A stretch of DNA of 64,000 nt from Phoronis australis (Eukaryota; Animalia; Phoronida). A model generated the notes under the pieces. That model worked only from the letters and a program-made list of their open reading frames with translations. It did no database searches and was not told where the DNA came from. Positions within the stretch are counted from its first letter, which is position 1. Each line of letters starts with the position of its first letter. The stretch covers positions 137,407 through 201,406 of the forward strand of contig NMRA01000560.1 in the NCBI GenBank assembly GCA_002633005.1. The letters run 5' to 3'. Below are positions 1 to 11,029 of the stretch, in pieces. The position numbers and the translations under genes are program-made.

Positions 1-219
1 TGCCCCCGGTATGCAACTCTGACAGTCAGCATATCGCTTACTTTAAAAGAGCGAAAAACAAGCTGGATAATAAATGACTCACAGTTCCTCAAAGACCAAA
101 TTCTCAGCTTTATCTGTACTACTTTAGCATAATAACCCGTATAAGGATTGCTGAAATATTCAACGTCTGTGGACTAATAAGTTGTGCTGGAAAAATGCAG
201 TTTATGTGTATTTCTGCAG

Positions 220-693
220 ATTGTCGAGATGCTGTTAGAGAAGACTCCTTTAGAAGCCATGCATGAAGCGCTGCTTATTGCCATAGTGATGGGGCACGAA
301 CAGATTGCTGAAGTCATCTTGAAATCTCCCGGATATTCCGAGACTAAGAAAGACTGGAAAGAGACTTGGAGCCACGACAACGACGAATCTCCGTTCTCCT
401 CAGACATTACTCCTCTAATCTTAGCGTCGCAATATAATCGCTACGAAGTGGTACAGTTGTTACTGATGAAGGGTCACCGCATAGAGAAACCTCACCAATA
501 CTATTGCAAATGCTTGACTTGCAAAGAGAAGTTAGAATTTGATCGCTTGAGGTTTTGGAAGAATCGACTGGAAGTGTACCGAGGACTGAGCAGCGAAGCT
601 TACATATCACTATCTAGTCGTGACCCTATTTACACGGCATTTGAACTTGGGAAGGAGTTGCGGACCGTGGCCACGATAGAGAAACATTATAAG
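220..693 (+). CDS. TRPC: TRPC-family channel, internal exon (ankyrin repeats + TRP_2 zinc motif); gene is 5'-partial
   Basis: ctgcag|ATT...AAG|gt; translation DITPLILASQYNRYEVVQLLL, PHQYYCKCLTC, YRGLSSEAYISLSSRDPIYTAFEL are hallmark TRPC N-terminal motifs. Confidence 0.95.
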
Positions 694-1067
694 GTTGTTT
701 GCAGTTTAGTTCTGTACTTTCTGTTCATAACCCTTGCCAGGTTGTTTTTGGTTTCAACAGAAATATGAAGTCTAAGAATGTTAAGGTTTTCCGTTAAATT
801 AGTTTACAAGAAACAATTTAATTGGTCTCTTTAGATTTTGGTATCGAAACTACTAGCACCATTGTTGTACTCTATCAGAGTTTAATATTGTATTGCTGTC
901 GATATAAATTAGCCATTTTTGTTTTTCTAACCCAAATCGCCATTTACACGAGACGTGTAGCATACAAATGTTTTGTATAATACCAATCTCCAATGTGCCG
1001 GCGTTAACCTATTTCATTAGCATTTTTAGGCTAAACAGTCATGCTTTCTTATATACACAATTTCTAG

Positions 1068-1259
1068 GTGGAGTATTTAAAGTTAGCTGATCAGCTTAGC
1101 GACTATGTTGTAAAACTACTTGACAGAGTACGTGGCAATGCAGAACTAGAAACAATTCTAAACAAGTCGAAATATCGAAGGGGGAAACCCGATTCAGATG
1201 ATGAAGGTTACGAAACTATGGCGAGGTTACGGATGGCCATAGAATTCGAGGAGAAAAAG
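1068..1259 (+). CDS. TRPC: TRPC exon (linker helices)
   Basis: tttctag|GTG...AAG|gt; EYLKLADQLSDYVVKLLDRVR...ELETILN...MARLRMAIEFEEKK. Confidence 0.93.
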
Positions 1260-1579
1260 GTACAGTGGTGTTTATGTGTTTCCGAAGGGCTTCTATGGCA
1301 GATAATTTCCTATTTTTTGTTTTTGTTACCTTTTATCAATAATTTTAACGTCCAGGCTTATAAGACGTGTACACATACAAGGCATTTATAAGTAATCAAC
1401 TATCTATACCGTTGTAGTCAATGAATAACGGTCCTACCTTTTCGTTTCTATTCAGAGAGAAACAAATTGGAGACACAATAGACAAATTCTTAAATACAAA
1501 AAAAATGATTATTTCGTCGCATATTATTCCTTTCTAAGTCAGTTATGAGAATGAATCAACTACCTCTTTTTACCGCTAG

Positions 1580-1747
1580 TTTGTCGCTCACCCGACGTGT
1601 CAACAGAAGCTTGTAAGCACGTGGTATGGAGATCTGGGTCCGTATCTTGAACGTCCAAAGTGGTACTTCCGCCTTCCACTCTTCGCCTTCATCATGTTGG
1701 TTTACCCTTTCCTTGCAGGGGTCTACCTAATAATGCCATATTGTAAG
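1580..1747 (+). CDS. TRPC: TRPC exon (pre-S1)
   Basis: gctag|TTT...AAG|gt; FVAHPTCQQKLVSTWYGDL, the conserved FVAHPxCQQ motif; absent from the ORF track. Confidence 0.93.
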
Positions 1748-2324
1748 GTCAGTAATTATTTCAACCTTATGCTTTGCCGCCATCTACTTTGTACCTTGTC
1801 GCTCACATAGGGTCATCGCGGCATCTTGGTTTCTCCGACCGATGTTTAGTGCTTGGATAAGGGATACTTGTAACACGGTGTAAAATAAAAATCGCGCGTC
1901 TACAAGCATTCAGAATATGCAGGCGACTGCACCTCGCGAAATCCTACTGAATTTTTGGTCCACTCGGCTTCGATATTGTTTTAAAATCGTTGAATTTCTG
2001 TAGTCGTTAAGTCACTTGACCTTTCTTCAGCTTGAAAGCAGATATCATCTCAATCAAGATTTTGTCGTAATGTGATTTTCGCGACGTCCATTAGACGACA
2101 GGATAGACAATCTTCCTCGCTCACAAAGAATATTTGCGTCATCGTTGAAATTGGTGTGTTGGTGGCGTTTTGTTTTGTCCGGTCCGGCTCTGTAACATAA
2201 CAGCGAAAATGGGGAACCGTGAACATGTATACAGGGTAGGTATATAGATCTTAACTGGCGCGGATATGTATATCGCAAACATTTCTAAGTCTGATCAGCA
2301 CGCCACCTGTGGCCACATTATGTG

Positions 2325-2410
2325 ACCTATGTCCCAACCAGGACTCGAAACAGAGACTTTCCGTTCTGCCAACCGCGCAGACGCTCCAGCCCACCGAGCC
2401 ATCGGAACCA
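2325..2410 (-). mobile_element. tRNA-derived SINE head (decayed)
   Basis: minus strand A-box TGGCTCGGTGG and B-box GTTTCGAGTCC, no intact cloverleaf. Confidence 0.5.
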
Positions 2411-3057
2411 CCGGTGGAACATGCATGTTACGAAAATTAATATAAAGCCTACCTATTTTCGTCCCTGTTTTTGTGGAACCCTTTATTTTGCTCTTTGGTA
2501 CGTTGAGTGCCCACGGTGCGTTCTTTCAACACACGAATGATAGCAACACAAACCGAATGGATTTCACTGATCTCTCCCACGGGAAAATTTTCGTGGCCAC
2601 CTTGACCTGGTCCGGTTTGTCGTATTCTCTGATGAAACTTGTTCAAGTCCTAAATTCCAGTCATTTTCGTTATACGAAGATCTCGGATATATCCACGTTT
2701 TCGTGACATTGAACTGTTCCAGTTTGCGATTTGCAGCCTCGGCTCGTCGTCAAAATATATTTCCATGGTCGACCATAAAAATACAGAACCTAACATCAAA
2801 ACTAAATAATATGCAAATAGATGTACGTGCAAGACAATTTCCTGAAGTTTAAATAAATTAGATAATATAAATGAACGAAGTGACCGGAAAGATCATCATT
2901 AGAAACAAAGCTGTAGTTACTACTGCTCACAATAATTTAAAAACATCTATATAGTGATCAAGATATTGTTTGAAAATATTGATTTTAATTCTGTGAGCTC
3001 ACTGAGATGGAGTTTGGGGGCTATTTAACGACTTGTACATTGTTTACTTTGGTGCAG

Positions 3058-3301
3058 GCTGGACGTTTAGTGAAAACACCGTGTGTGAAGTTGATTGCTC
3101 AGACAACATACTTCATCGTGTTCCTGGTTCTCGTCCTTGTATCCAGTTTGACTGAAAAGCCCTCTAGCGGCCTAACCCTGAAAACCTTCGACGAATTGTG
3201 CTTCAACAGCAATCCAGTGCCATCCGTTAACACCGCCCACACAGCCATTCGTGCATACGAACCCGAGATGGTGTACTTATTAGTGATTTGTTTTGTTGCA
3301 G
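3058..3301 (+). CDS. TRPC: TRPC exon (S1-S2)
   Basis: gtgcag|GCT...GCA G|gtaaaa; GRLVKTPCVKLIAQTTYFIVFLVLV, phase-1 exit matches next exon. Confidence 0.9.
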
Positions 3302-3796
3302 GTAAAATAAAATTCATTAGACACTGATGACCATTATACCTGGGGTGCATTCGGTAGACCCACGCATCCTGCCAAAAAGCGAGCACACGCAAGACCACGC
3401 AAAACCCATTTACTAGCGTACCTAGTAAATTGGAGGACATTAGAGTGATTGGTCGGTGAGGTTGGAATGTTGCATTATGCGATAGAATTGACTGTGTCGG
3501 TTTCATAAGCGAAAATATCTCGCAGGAAGTGGTTCGTCAAGTGTTTTGGTCTACGGAACGCAACCCTGAAACAGAGTTACTTGCATAGACTGACATGTTC
3601 TGTTAAACACTTCTCACTTCACAGTTCATAGAAGTACATGTATAGGCGCTCAAACTATTGCCTCATTATAATGCCTTGAACATGTTGACAACTCGGAGCG
3701 CATTTCGGTCAAGAAAGACCCAATCAACATAGCGCCTCGATATTTTGATGGTAATTTTTTGCCTTCTCAACTCCTTACTTCACGTTTTGATTCCAG

Positions 3797-4036
3797 GTTT
3801 GGTTTACCAAGAGTGCGAACAACTTTTCCACGATGGTGTTCGAATGTATTTTTCATCGTTCTACAACGTGTTTGACACGTGTATGATGGTGGGATATATT
3901 GCGTCATTCGCTTTAAAAATCTACTCCTTCAGTCAAGTCCAGTCTGCGCTGGAAATCTTTAAAGAAAACACTGCGTGCACCCAGTACAGAGAAGGAAACA
4001 AAACAGTAGAGGACATGTTCTACTGGTTGAGCGCAG
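3797..4036 (+). CDS. TRPC: TRPC exon (S2-S3)
   Basis: ttccag|GT...GCA G|gtagga; LVYQECEQLFHDGVRMYFSSFYNVFDTCMMVGYIASF. Confidence 0.92.
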
Positions 4037-4577
4037 GTAGGACATCTCTGGTTCATGTTGTTACCTCAAGCACGCGTTTTATGCGAAGACATTTGCTTAT
4101 TTTTTCATTCTGTGATTGGAAGGAATAATATGTCATATCGTTCCAGAAGTTCATGTGATATTTTTGAATATCATTTTCAACAACCAGCTGAGATGATCGA
4201 ACGTTTTTCCTGACTGTGAGAAATCACACTTCATGGGGGTTATTTCGCCATAGGATGAAGTCTCCAGTGCGATGTCTTGATCTGATAAAGACCCAGGTGT
4301 TCTCTTAGAGGAAATGAATGTCTCATACGGTTGATGACCTGAGTTCGTCTCTCAACCACAAGTATGCATAACTGCCCACTAGTGCCAAATGAACGATGAC
4401 AGGGCTCTGCCCCTGCTTAGAGGAAAGGTGCCAGTGCCTTCTGAGAGGGGATTGTTTTGGCTGAGGTGTTATTCATCCATCTCCGTCACCGCCAGCTCCA
4501 CTACCCGTACGCCACTCCACATCGGCAATGTCTTAAAAAGTTCCCACAATGACTCTGTGTCTAAAAAGAAATTTATA

Positions 4578-4930
4578 GATAGAATAGATTGTCTTAACTT
4601 CAATTGTAGTTGGGTGATTTTGGTGATTTAAAAACTAAACACGTTCAACATTTGACGAGGAATTCGGAATTGTTATTGGTTTGTGTTCAAACAGTTTATA
4701 ACTTATCTTTTATTTTTAACATCACAGCCAAGCCAGGTCAGGCTGGATATGATTTTATCTTATGAGAGCAATTAGGTAATACGAGAGAGCTGGCTCTCCA
4801 ACCATAAATACCAGAACGGAGTTAATCAGTCGTGTAAGATATTGGCTACGCCCGTCAACCGCCCAACTTGTTCGTTTGCCATCGGATTGAACAGCTTAGG
4901 GGTCAAAGGGAGAATTGCGTAATGCTTTAT
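4578..4930 (-). repeat. dispersed repeat, copy 1 (probable SINE); second copy at ~41427-41770
   Basis: about 350 bp alignable by eye, e.g. ctccaaccataaataccagaa..gagttaatcagtcgtgtaagatattggctacg shared. Confidence 0.75.
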
Positions 4931-5192
4931 GAGTTTGCACAAAGTTTTAATGATAGACAAAATTAACAAGGTATTCCGTCCTGTTCAGCTGGCTTACAAA
5001 CCAAAACCGAATTTGACATTTTACTCTCATAAATCGGTTGACCATCGTAAACAAAATAGCTCAGTCTTTCTATATGCCTCACATGTAACACTATTCACGA
5101 GTTGTAGCCCACTTGGGTCCAATTTACTTACATACCTTTTATTTACTGCGGCAGAATTCTGTCCAATGCTCAGCCTATTCTTACCATTTCAG

Positions 5193-5344
5193 ATCGCATG
5201 CACTGGGACAACCATGACCCTTACATCTTGTCAGAAATCTTGTTTGGTTTCGCCAATGTACTCAGCTTTTCTCGGACTTCCTCACTCCTCCCAGCAAACG
5301 AACACTTTGGACCTATGCAAATATCCCTTGCTCGCATGTTGAAG
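5193..5344 (+). CDS. TRPC: TRPC exon (S4, S4-S5 linker)
   Basis: tttcag|AT...AAG|gtaaga; [50 protein letters not shown]. Confidence 0.95.
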
Positions 5345-5942
5345 GTAAGAGTTGTTGAAAACAGACCCGCTTATCCTTTAAGTAATATCACGGTGACGCA
5401 AAGGTGAGAAATCGAGATCTCTGATGTTTGTTTCCCAATGGATTCAGGCACCGCAAATGTAGTGGAGGAGGGGGCGACGAAAATCATTTTCCTGTTCCTA
5501 CGGACAGTTGTCATTCTTTGTTTGTCCGAACATACATCCACAACCCGTGGGTTTCGCCTCTTCGTCAATATTCCTCATCTAAGCATGAAAAGATGAATCT
5601 TTCATTGACGTCGCTTTCTCACGCGAGGACGGACCGATATTGAACTGACTGTGACTCTTAGCTGTGGGAAAATGACTCATGGCGTCAATTCCACGGTCTG
5701 TCACGTTAGGTTTTAGTAAACGTCAAAATTTAAAGGCGCAGCGGCCGGCCCAACGTGTAATGCGGCTGATCTGCAATGGTCACTCAGAAGGTGTTGACTT
5801 TGCACCCCAACACTGAACTAGTGGACAGTGATGATAAACAGTGGGTCATCTCGTGCAAATATTAACATCCAACAATTTAAAGCAAAAAGTCCAGGCTTTG
5901 TCATCCATTGCCATGCTCAGACTCAACCGTTGTTGAGAACGT

Positions 5943-6007
5943 ACCTTCAGATGAGAAGGACGAACCTTCAGATGGAAAGGACGGACCTTCAGATGGAAAG
6001 ACAGACC
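5943..6007. repeat. 21-bp tandem repeat, ~3 copies
   Basis: accttcagatggaaaggacgg-like unit repeated three times. Confidence 0.8.
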
Positions 6008-6369
6008 CGAAAAACGGAAGTGCGCACGAGAAGGGCAGGTTGTGATGGGAAGGTCGGGACGTGATAGATAGTCAGATCTTTATGTTGGATAACAAAGCCT
6101 GCAGGCTGAAGTCTCTGATTTCAAATATGAAATCTTCGAATCACACAGATTGACCATGTTCAGATGGTGATTTTCTGGTTACAAGAATTGCGCCCATGTA
6201 ATGTCCCAAAGAAAAGTGGTCAGACAGAATCTCCCTGACAATCCTGGGGTAGTCACGTCACACTTTTTGAGTCTATTGTAATGCGAACTTGGTTTAATTT
6301 AGTTTGGAAATTGTAACAGTTGTATGTACGTGACATGCGCATGCGTGATGAATTTCCTTTCACCCTCAG

Positions 6370-6530
6370 GACTTCTTCAAGTTCATGTTCATCCTCGTCG
6401 TGATCTATTTTTCCTTTCTCGTCGGAATGGTGAACATTTACTGGTACTACGTGGAAGATAACCGCAAAAAGATTGAGTTACCACAACTGCACAACGTCAC
6501 CGGCTTGGAAGCCGACAAGCATTTTGGAGA
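6370..6530 (+). CDS. TRPC: TRPC exon (S5)
   Basis: cctcag|GAC...GA|gtaagt; DFFKFMFILVVIYFSFLVGMVNIYWYY; absent from the ORF track. Confidence 0.93.
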
Positions 6531-6890
6531 GTAAGTCTATTTGCACTTAAAGAGCTTAAAATCACTACTTGCCTTGTTTCGACATGTGACTACATTTTCA
6601 TCATCATTAAACCTTCCATTAGAGCACTGCATGTCACAATCGTAAATTCAATATCCCGGAAATGAGAAAAGCGGCATCAACTGGAAGTTTCTTAGCTCCA
6701 CGAACACGAGTGTGGCGAGTGAGTGTACCCACTGCCTGTGTGTCAGGTCCACCAACACGCGAGCTTCTCCGATGTCTCGGGGGAAAGTGAAAAGAGCGAA
6801 AGCGTAGTGAAATATTAAGTTGTCAAAACTACTACAAACGCAACGTCCTGTGATTGGTTATACCGGTTTTCGGTAGTATGCATCGACTAA

Positions 6891-7755
6891 TAAATATAGA
6901 TTATTACATGGCGAAGTCGTTATCCCCCGTTATCTAGAGCCCGATTGGATTTTGGAGAATTTTCGCCCGAGGGTGATAATTCTCCAAAATCCACGAGGGC
7001 TCTAGATAAGGGGGATAACGGCTGAGAACATGTAATAATCCATTTATACCACATACTAAACGAGAAACATTGCAATGATCGATTTACCTTTTCTGACTCT
7101 CCACGGCATTGTAACTACATGTACTTTCTGTGTCAGAGGGCCGGGGTCGGAGGTCGTGACCTTTTAAGAAAAGCCGGGCTATTTTTGTCAAATAATGCTT
7201 TTACTCAAAATCAATTGAAAACTTAAATATAATAGAAATAAATTGAATTTATAAATTAAGGTTTACCAACTATTATAGCTTAAAACACGTTTTTTCACGC
7301 TAAGCTTCGACCGGGAAATTATCGTCTGGTTAAGTAGGTTACCACTGGTAACTGAATATAATTCTCAAGTCAAAGATCCTGACGACATGATACCCGCATT
7401 CAAACTGTAGATCGGTGATTTACAAGTAAGAGGACATGAGAGAAAATTTTCAATGAATTAAGATATCATTTTTATGGAAATTATGTGTCTTATTTTTCGT
7501 AGCGTATAAGTACAGTACAATGCAGTTTGTTGAACATGCGATTATTGCGCGTGCTCATTTAAGTATTCTATTTTCACTCTTGATGACGTCAGTCGCTGCA
7601 TGGTGTAGTGACAAAGTCGGCGACCAGCAATTTCAAGGTCCCGGGTTCGACTCCGTCCTCGGTTTCCCGCCAAATCGTTGTCTCACTAGTGAGATAACTT
7701 TATGGGTTATTACACGGATGTATCTGCCATTTGACGCTAATATAGTGGTATAAAT
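6891..7755. mobile_element. non-autonomous element with 5' ~150-bp hairpin and internal inverted repeat (Crypton-like)
   Basis: hairpin 6891-7046 centred on cccgaggg; atttataccac (7042-7052) inverted with gtggtataaat (7745-7755); superfamily assignment is inference. Confidence 0.55.
7592..7665 (+). mobile_element. tRNA-like/SINE head inside the hairpin element
   Basis: A-box TGGTGTAGTG, B-box GGTTCGACTCC; acceptor stem not intact. Confidence 0.5.
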
Positions 7756-8441
7756 GCTCGTAACTCGAGCCCTGCTAAATAACATATCGTCAGATAATAT
7801 TTGTGGGCGTTCTAATTTGACAGCTGATTGAATGTTGTTCTTTGTGTTTTTGGCGTAAAATGATTTTAAGCACTTTAAGCCCAGAGGTCTGTTTCATGAA
7901 AGTGACTTAAGAATTTTTAAAAGACTGAAATCTTACGCTCCACATAACTATTTATGAAAAATATTTTTAACAAAAATACAACTTAAACTGGACATAAATT
8001 TCAACTGAGCGACGTTGCGTCCTCATCGCCTGGACTTTCGCTTGCAACTGTCGTGGTGGTGTTCGGCTGATGACGTAATCGGCGGGGAATGAAACACAGC
8101 GCGCTCACCCATGTCCTGGAGGGTTGGAATCTTAATTCTAAGGGGGACATTCAACAGAATAATTGGCTGATAAGCCACCTCTGGAACTACTTTTGGCTGA
8201 ATGGATGACCAGGCCATAAAATGATAATATTAGCCAAGACCAGTTACTAATGCAACAAAGAATAATGTCGTAGTATCACCTAGCCTTGGTGGAAAGCTGT
8301 ATACTGTATTGGCTCTAATAAACGCTTAGAAAAAATCATTTCACGGGGAGGGGATTCTTATTGTAGCCTACGGCAGTTGAAAGCCGGTTTCCCAAACGGG
8401 TAAAATCGGAAGCTAGGATTCATAAAATTTACGCTTTGTGA

Positions 8442-8989
8442 NNNNNNNNNNNNNNNNNNNNNNNNNNNNNNNNNNNNNNNNNNNNNNNNNNNNNNNNNNN
8501 NNNNNNNNNNNNNNNNNNNNNNNNNNNNNNNNNNNNNNNNNNNNNNNNNNNNNNNNNNNNNNNNNNNNNNNNNNNNNNNNNNNNNNNNNNNNNNNNNNNN
8601 NNNNNNNNNNNNNNNNNNNNNNNNNNNNNNNNNNNNNNNNNNNNNNNNNNNNNNNNNNNNNNNNNNNNNNNNNNNNNNNNNNNNNNNNNNNNNNNNNNNN
8701 NNNNNNNNNNNNNNNNNNNNNNNNNNNNNNNNNNNNNNNNNNNNNNNNNNNNNNNNNNNNNNNNNNNNNNNNNNNNNNNNNNNNNNNNNNNNNNNNNNNN
8801 NNNNNNNNNNNNNNNNNNNNNNNNNNNNNNNNNNNNNNNNNNNNNNNNNNNNNNNNNNNNNNNNNNNNNNNNNNNNNNNNNNNNNNNNNNNNNNNNNNNN
8901 NNNNNNNNNNNNNNNNNNNNNNNNNNNNNNNNNNNNNNNNNNNNNNNNNNNNNNNNNNNNNNNNNNNNNNNNNNNNNNNNNNNNNNNNN
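8442..8989. other. assembly gap
   Basis: run of N. Confidence 1.
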
Positions 8990-9256
8990 AAAACTACGTA
9001 AAACTCTCACCATAAAAAGTACAGTCTGCTAGCTAGATTGTAATCAGCTGATCATATCCGCATGAGCGAAGCCAATTATCCTCGCTCGTGACTCGATGAC
9101 TAGAGCAGCCTGGCGGCATCCCTTTGATCGTGAGCCGAGTGCGACTCAGCCAAGGTGGATAAATACGGTCTAGTTCAATTTTCCATACCCCGCCGTTTAC
9201 CTTAACCACTGGGGTTAGAACCAATTTTATTTAGTGGGAATGTCCATAGCATGTAG

Positions 9257-9920
9257 GACTCAGTACACACCTTGTCCTCACACATAATGCCATAGACCAC
9301 ATTGGAGACTTTTCCCTAGGAACCTTGTCTTTCATCCTGACCGGACTTCTTGGATTGAAGCTTTCAAATCCATCAACTCACTCAGCAGCCAACTGGTCCG
9401 AGTGAAAGACAATGTTCCCAGGGAAAAGTCTCCAACGTGGTTTATGTCATTATTTGTGAGGACAAGGCGTGTACTGAGTCGTGGGTGAAACCAAGGAGTC
9501 TCACAGAAGCAGAATGAACTAGTTCCGCCGACCCAGTAACGGGGATACGTATGATTCCGTCACTTTCACTCACGTCAACACTGCAGGGCATTCATTTGGC
9601 ACCAGTGATGTACGCATTTTGGACAGTGAGGAAAATTGGTTCAACCGTTACGTTAATTAAGGAATCTATCTACGAGCGTGTTGAATGCCCTTCTTTGAAT
9701 CGCCCAAGCGGATTAAGATTCCAACTCTCCAGGACATGGAACCCCGCGATGTCTTTCATTTCCCGCCGACTACATCATTAGCCGAACACCACCACGGCAG
9801 TTACTTGTGAAAGTCTTCGCGATGAGGAAGCAATGTCGCTCAGATGAAGTGTAAGTCCAGTATTAGTTTTAATTTTTTTGGTGATATTTATCGACTGGAT
9901 GTCTACTACTCACCAACTAC
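9257..9920 (+). mobile_element. Penelope-like retroelement 3' fragment (GIY-YIG endonuclease) with inverted 5' segment
   Basis: LVRVKDNVPREKVSNVVYVIICEDKACTES-VGETK...GHSF...VRILDSEENWFNR..KESIYERVECPSLNRPSG; 9257-9334 is the reverse complement of 9403-9480. Confidence 0.85.
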
Positions 9921-10341
9921 TTTAAACTCACTTTAGCAATAATAAAGTACCTGGAATAGACCCGTAATTGTTATTTTTGAGGAAAAAATACACATTATGT
10001 TAAAGTATGGTGTTCTAATAGTTACTTGACTAAACCTTTATGTGGCAATTGTGACGTCGGAGCATAAGACTAAATTTCTACCTTAAGTCTTTTAAGACTT
10101 AAGGTAGAAAATGACTTAAAAGTCATTTTCAATGAGACAGACCTCTCATTTGATGAATCATGCTTTCTCTGGTTGAATTTTGTTGTAAATGCTTTTTCGA
10201 AAACGGACTTAAGCACATAGATAAACGATTTATTATTGAAACAGCTTTAAATTTATAATGCTTTTAAAACATTTCATTCAACACACGTTTTGTTTGTCCT
10301 TTGAGGATGACTGACATGTTATCGAAAGTCTTCCCTTTCAG

Positions 10342-10540
10342 CGTAATCAACACATTCCGCACTATGTACTGGGCCTTATTCGGTATGGGCGAGCCCAACG
10401 TGGTCGAATTAGGCTCCTTCAACAAACAGTTCACACAGGACGCCGGCTATATTCTCTATGGTATCTACAACGTAGTCATGGTGATATTGCTGCTCAATAT
10501 GTTGATTGCCATGATGACGCGCTCATTTGAAATGATCCAC
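10342..10540 (+). CDS. TRPC: TRPC exon (pore helix, S6)
   Basis: tttcag|C...CAC|gtaagt; TFRTMYWALFG...GYILYGIYNVVMVILLLNMLIAMMTRSFEMIH. Confidence 0.95.
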
Positions 10541-11029
10541 GTAAGTTGAGTTGCTCAACCTGGGATTTTAATTGACTTGCCAATCATTTTCTAGGTCAGC
10601 CTACCGATGTTAAAAAACAAACAAAGCGCAAGTATCCATGTTCCGGCCCGTATTGCGATTCGGCCCAAATCGGAATATTCCGATACGGCCGTTCCCGTAT
10701 TGGAATTCCAATACGGGCGGCCCGTATTGCAATATATTTTACGATTGCATTTAAAATACAAAACTTGGTAACTCGGTATGTTTTTATGAAATCGAGGTTT
10801 CCTTTCATAGTTTTGATATAGTACAGATACTCACAACGTTGTCTCGATATTAAATCTTCAATCTTTGTACAAGGTTGACCGAGTCTAAATTCAAAATGTC
10901 GGCGATTACGAGTTGTAGGATTGCAAGACAATTTTTTTTGAAAATTTAGCTTCTAATTGAACATTTTTTGACAAATTTGAATAGTGCTGTGTAAGAACAG
11001 ATCAGGTTAAAATATGTTGAATACGTTTC

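Larger units (their letters stand above)
7883..10146. mobile_element. TIR DNA element (PIF/Harbinger-like ends) spanning the first gap
   Basis: agaggtctgtttcatgaaagtgactt vs revcomp of right end agaggtctgtctcattgaaaatgactt. Confidence 0.65.

Noticed and set aside
5699-6335. Possible solo LTR or Ginger-like element (TGTCACGT...ACGTGACA)
   Set aside because: Only 8-bp inverted ends and no target-site duplication; may be chance.
7592-7665. Functional tRNA gene (also 2325-2410, 63640-63720)
   Set aside because: A/B boxes present but stems do not close into a cloverleaf; treated as SINE heads.
8429-9013. Long ORFs in the track across 8442-8989 and 17296-17991
   Set aside because: Artefacts of translating N-gaps and the (CCCT)n repeat.
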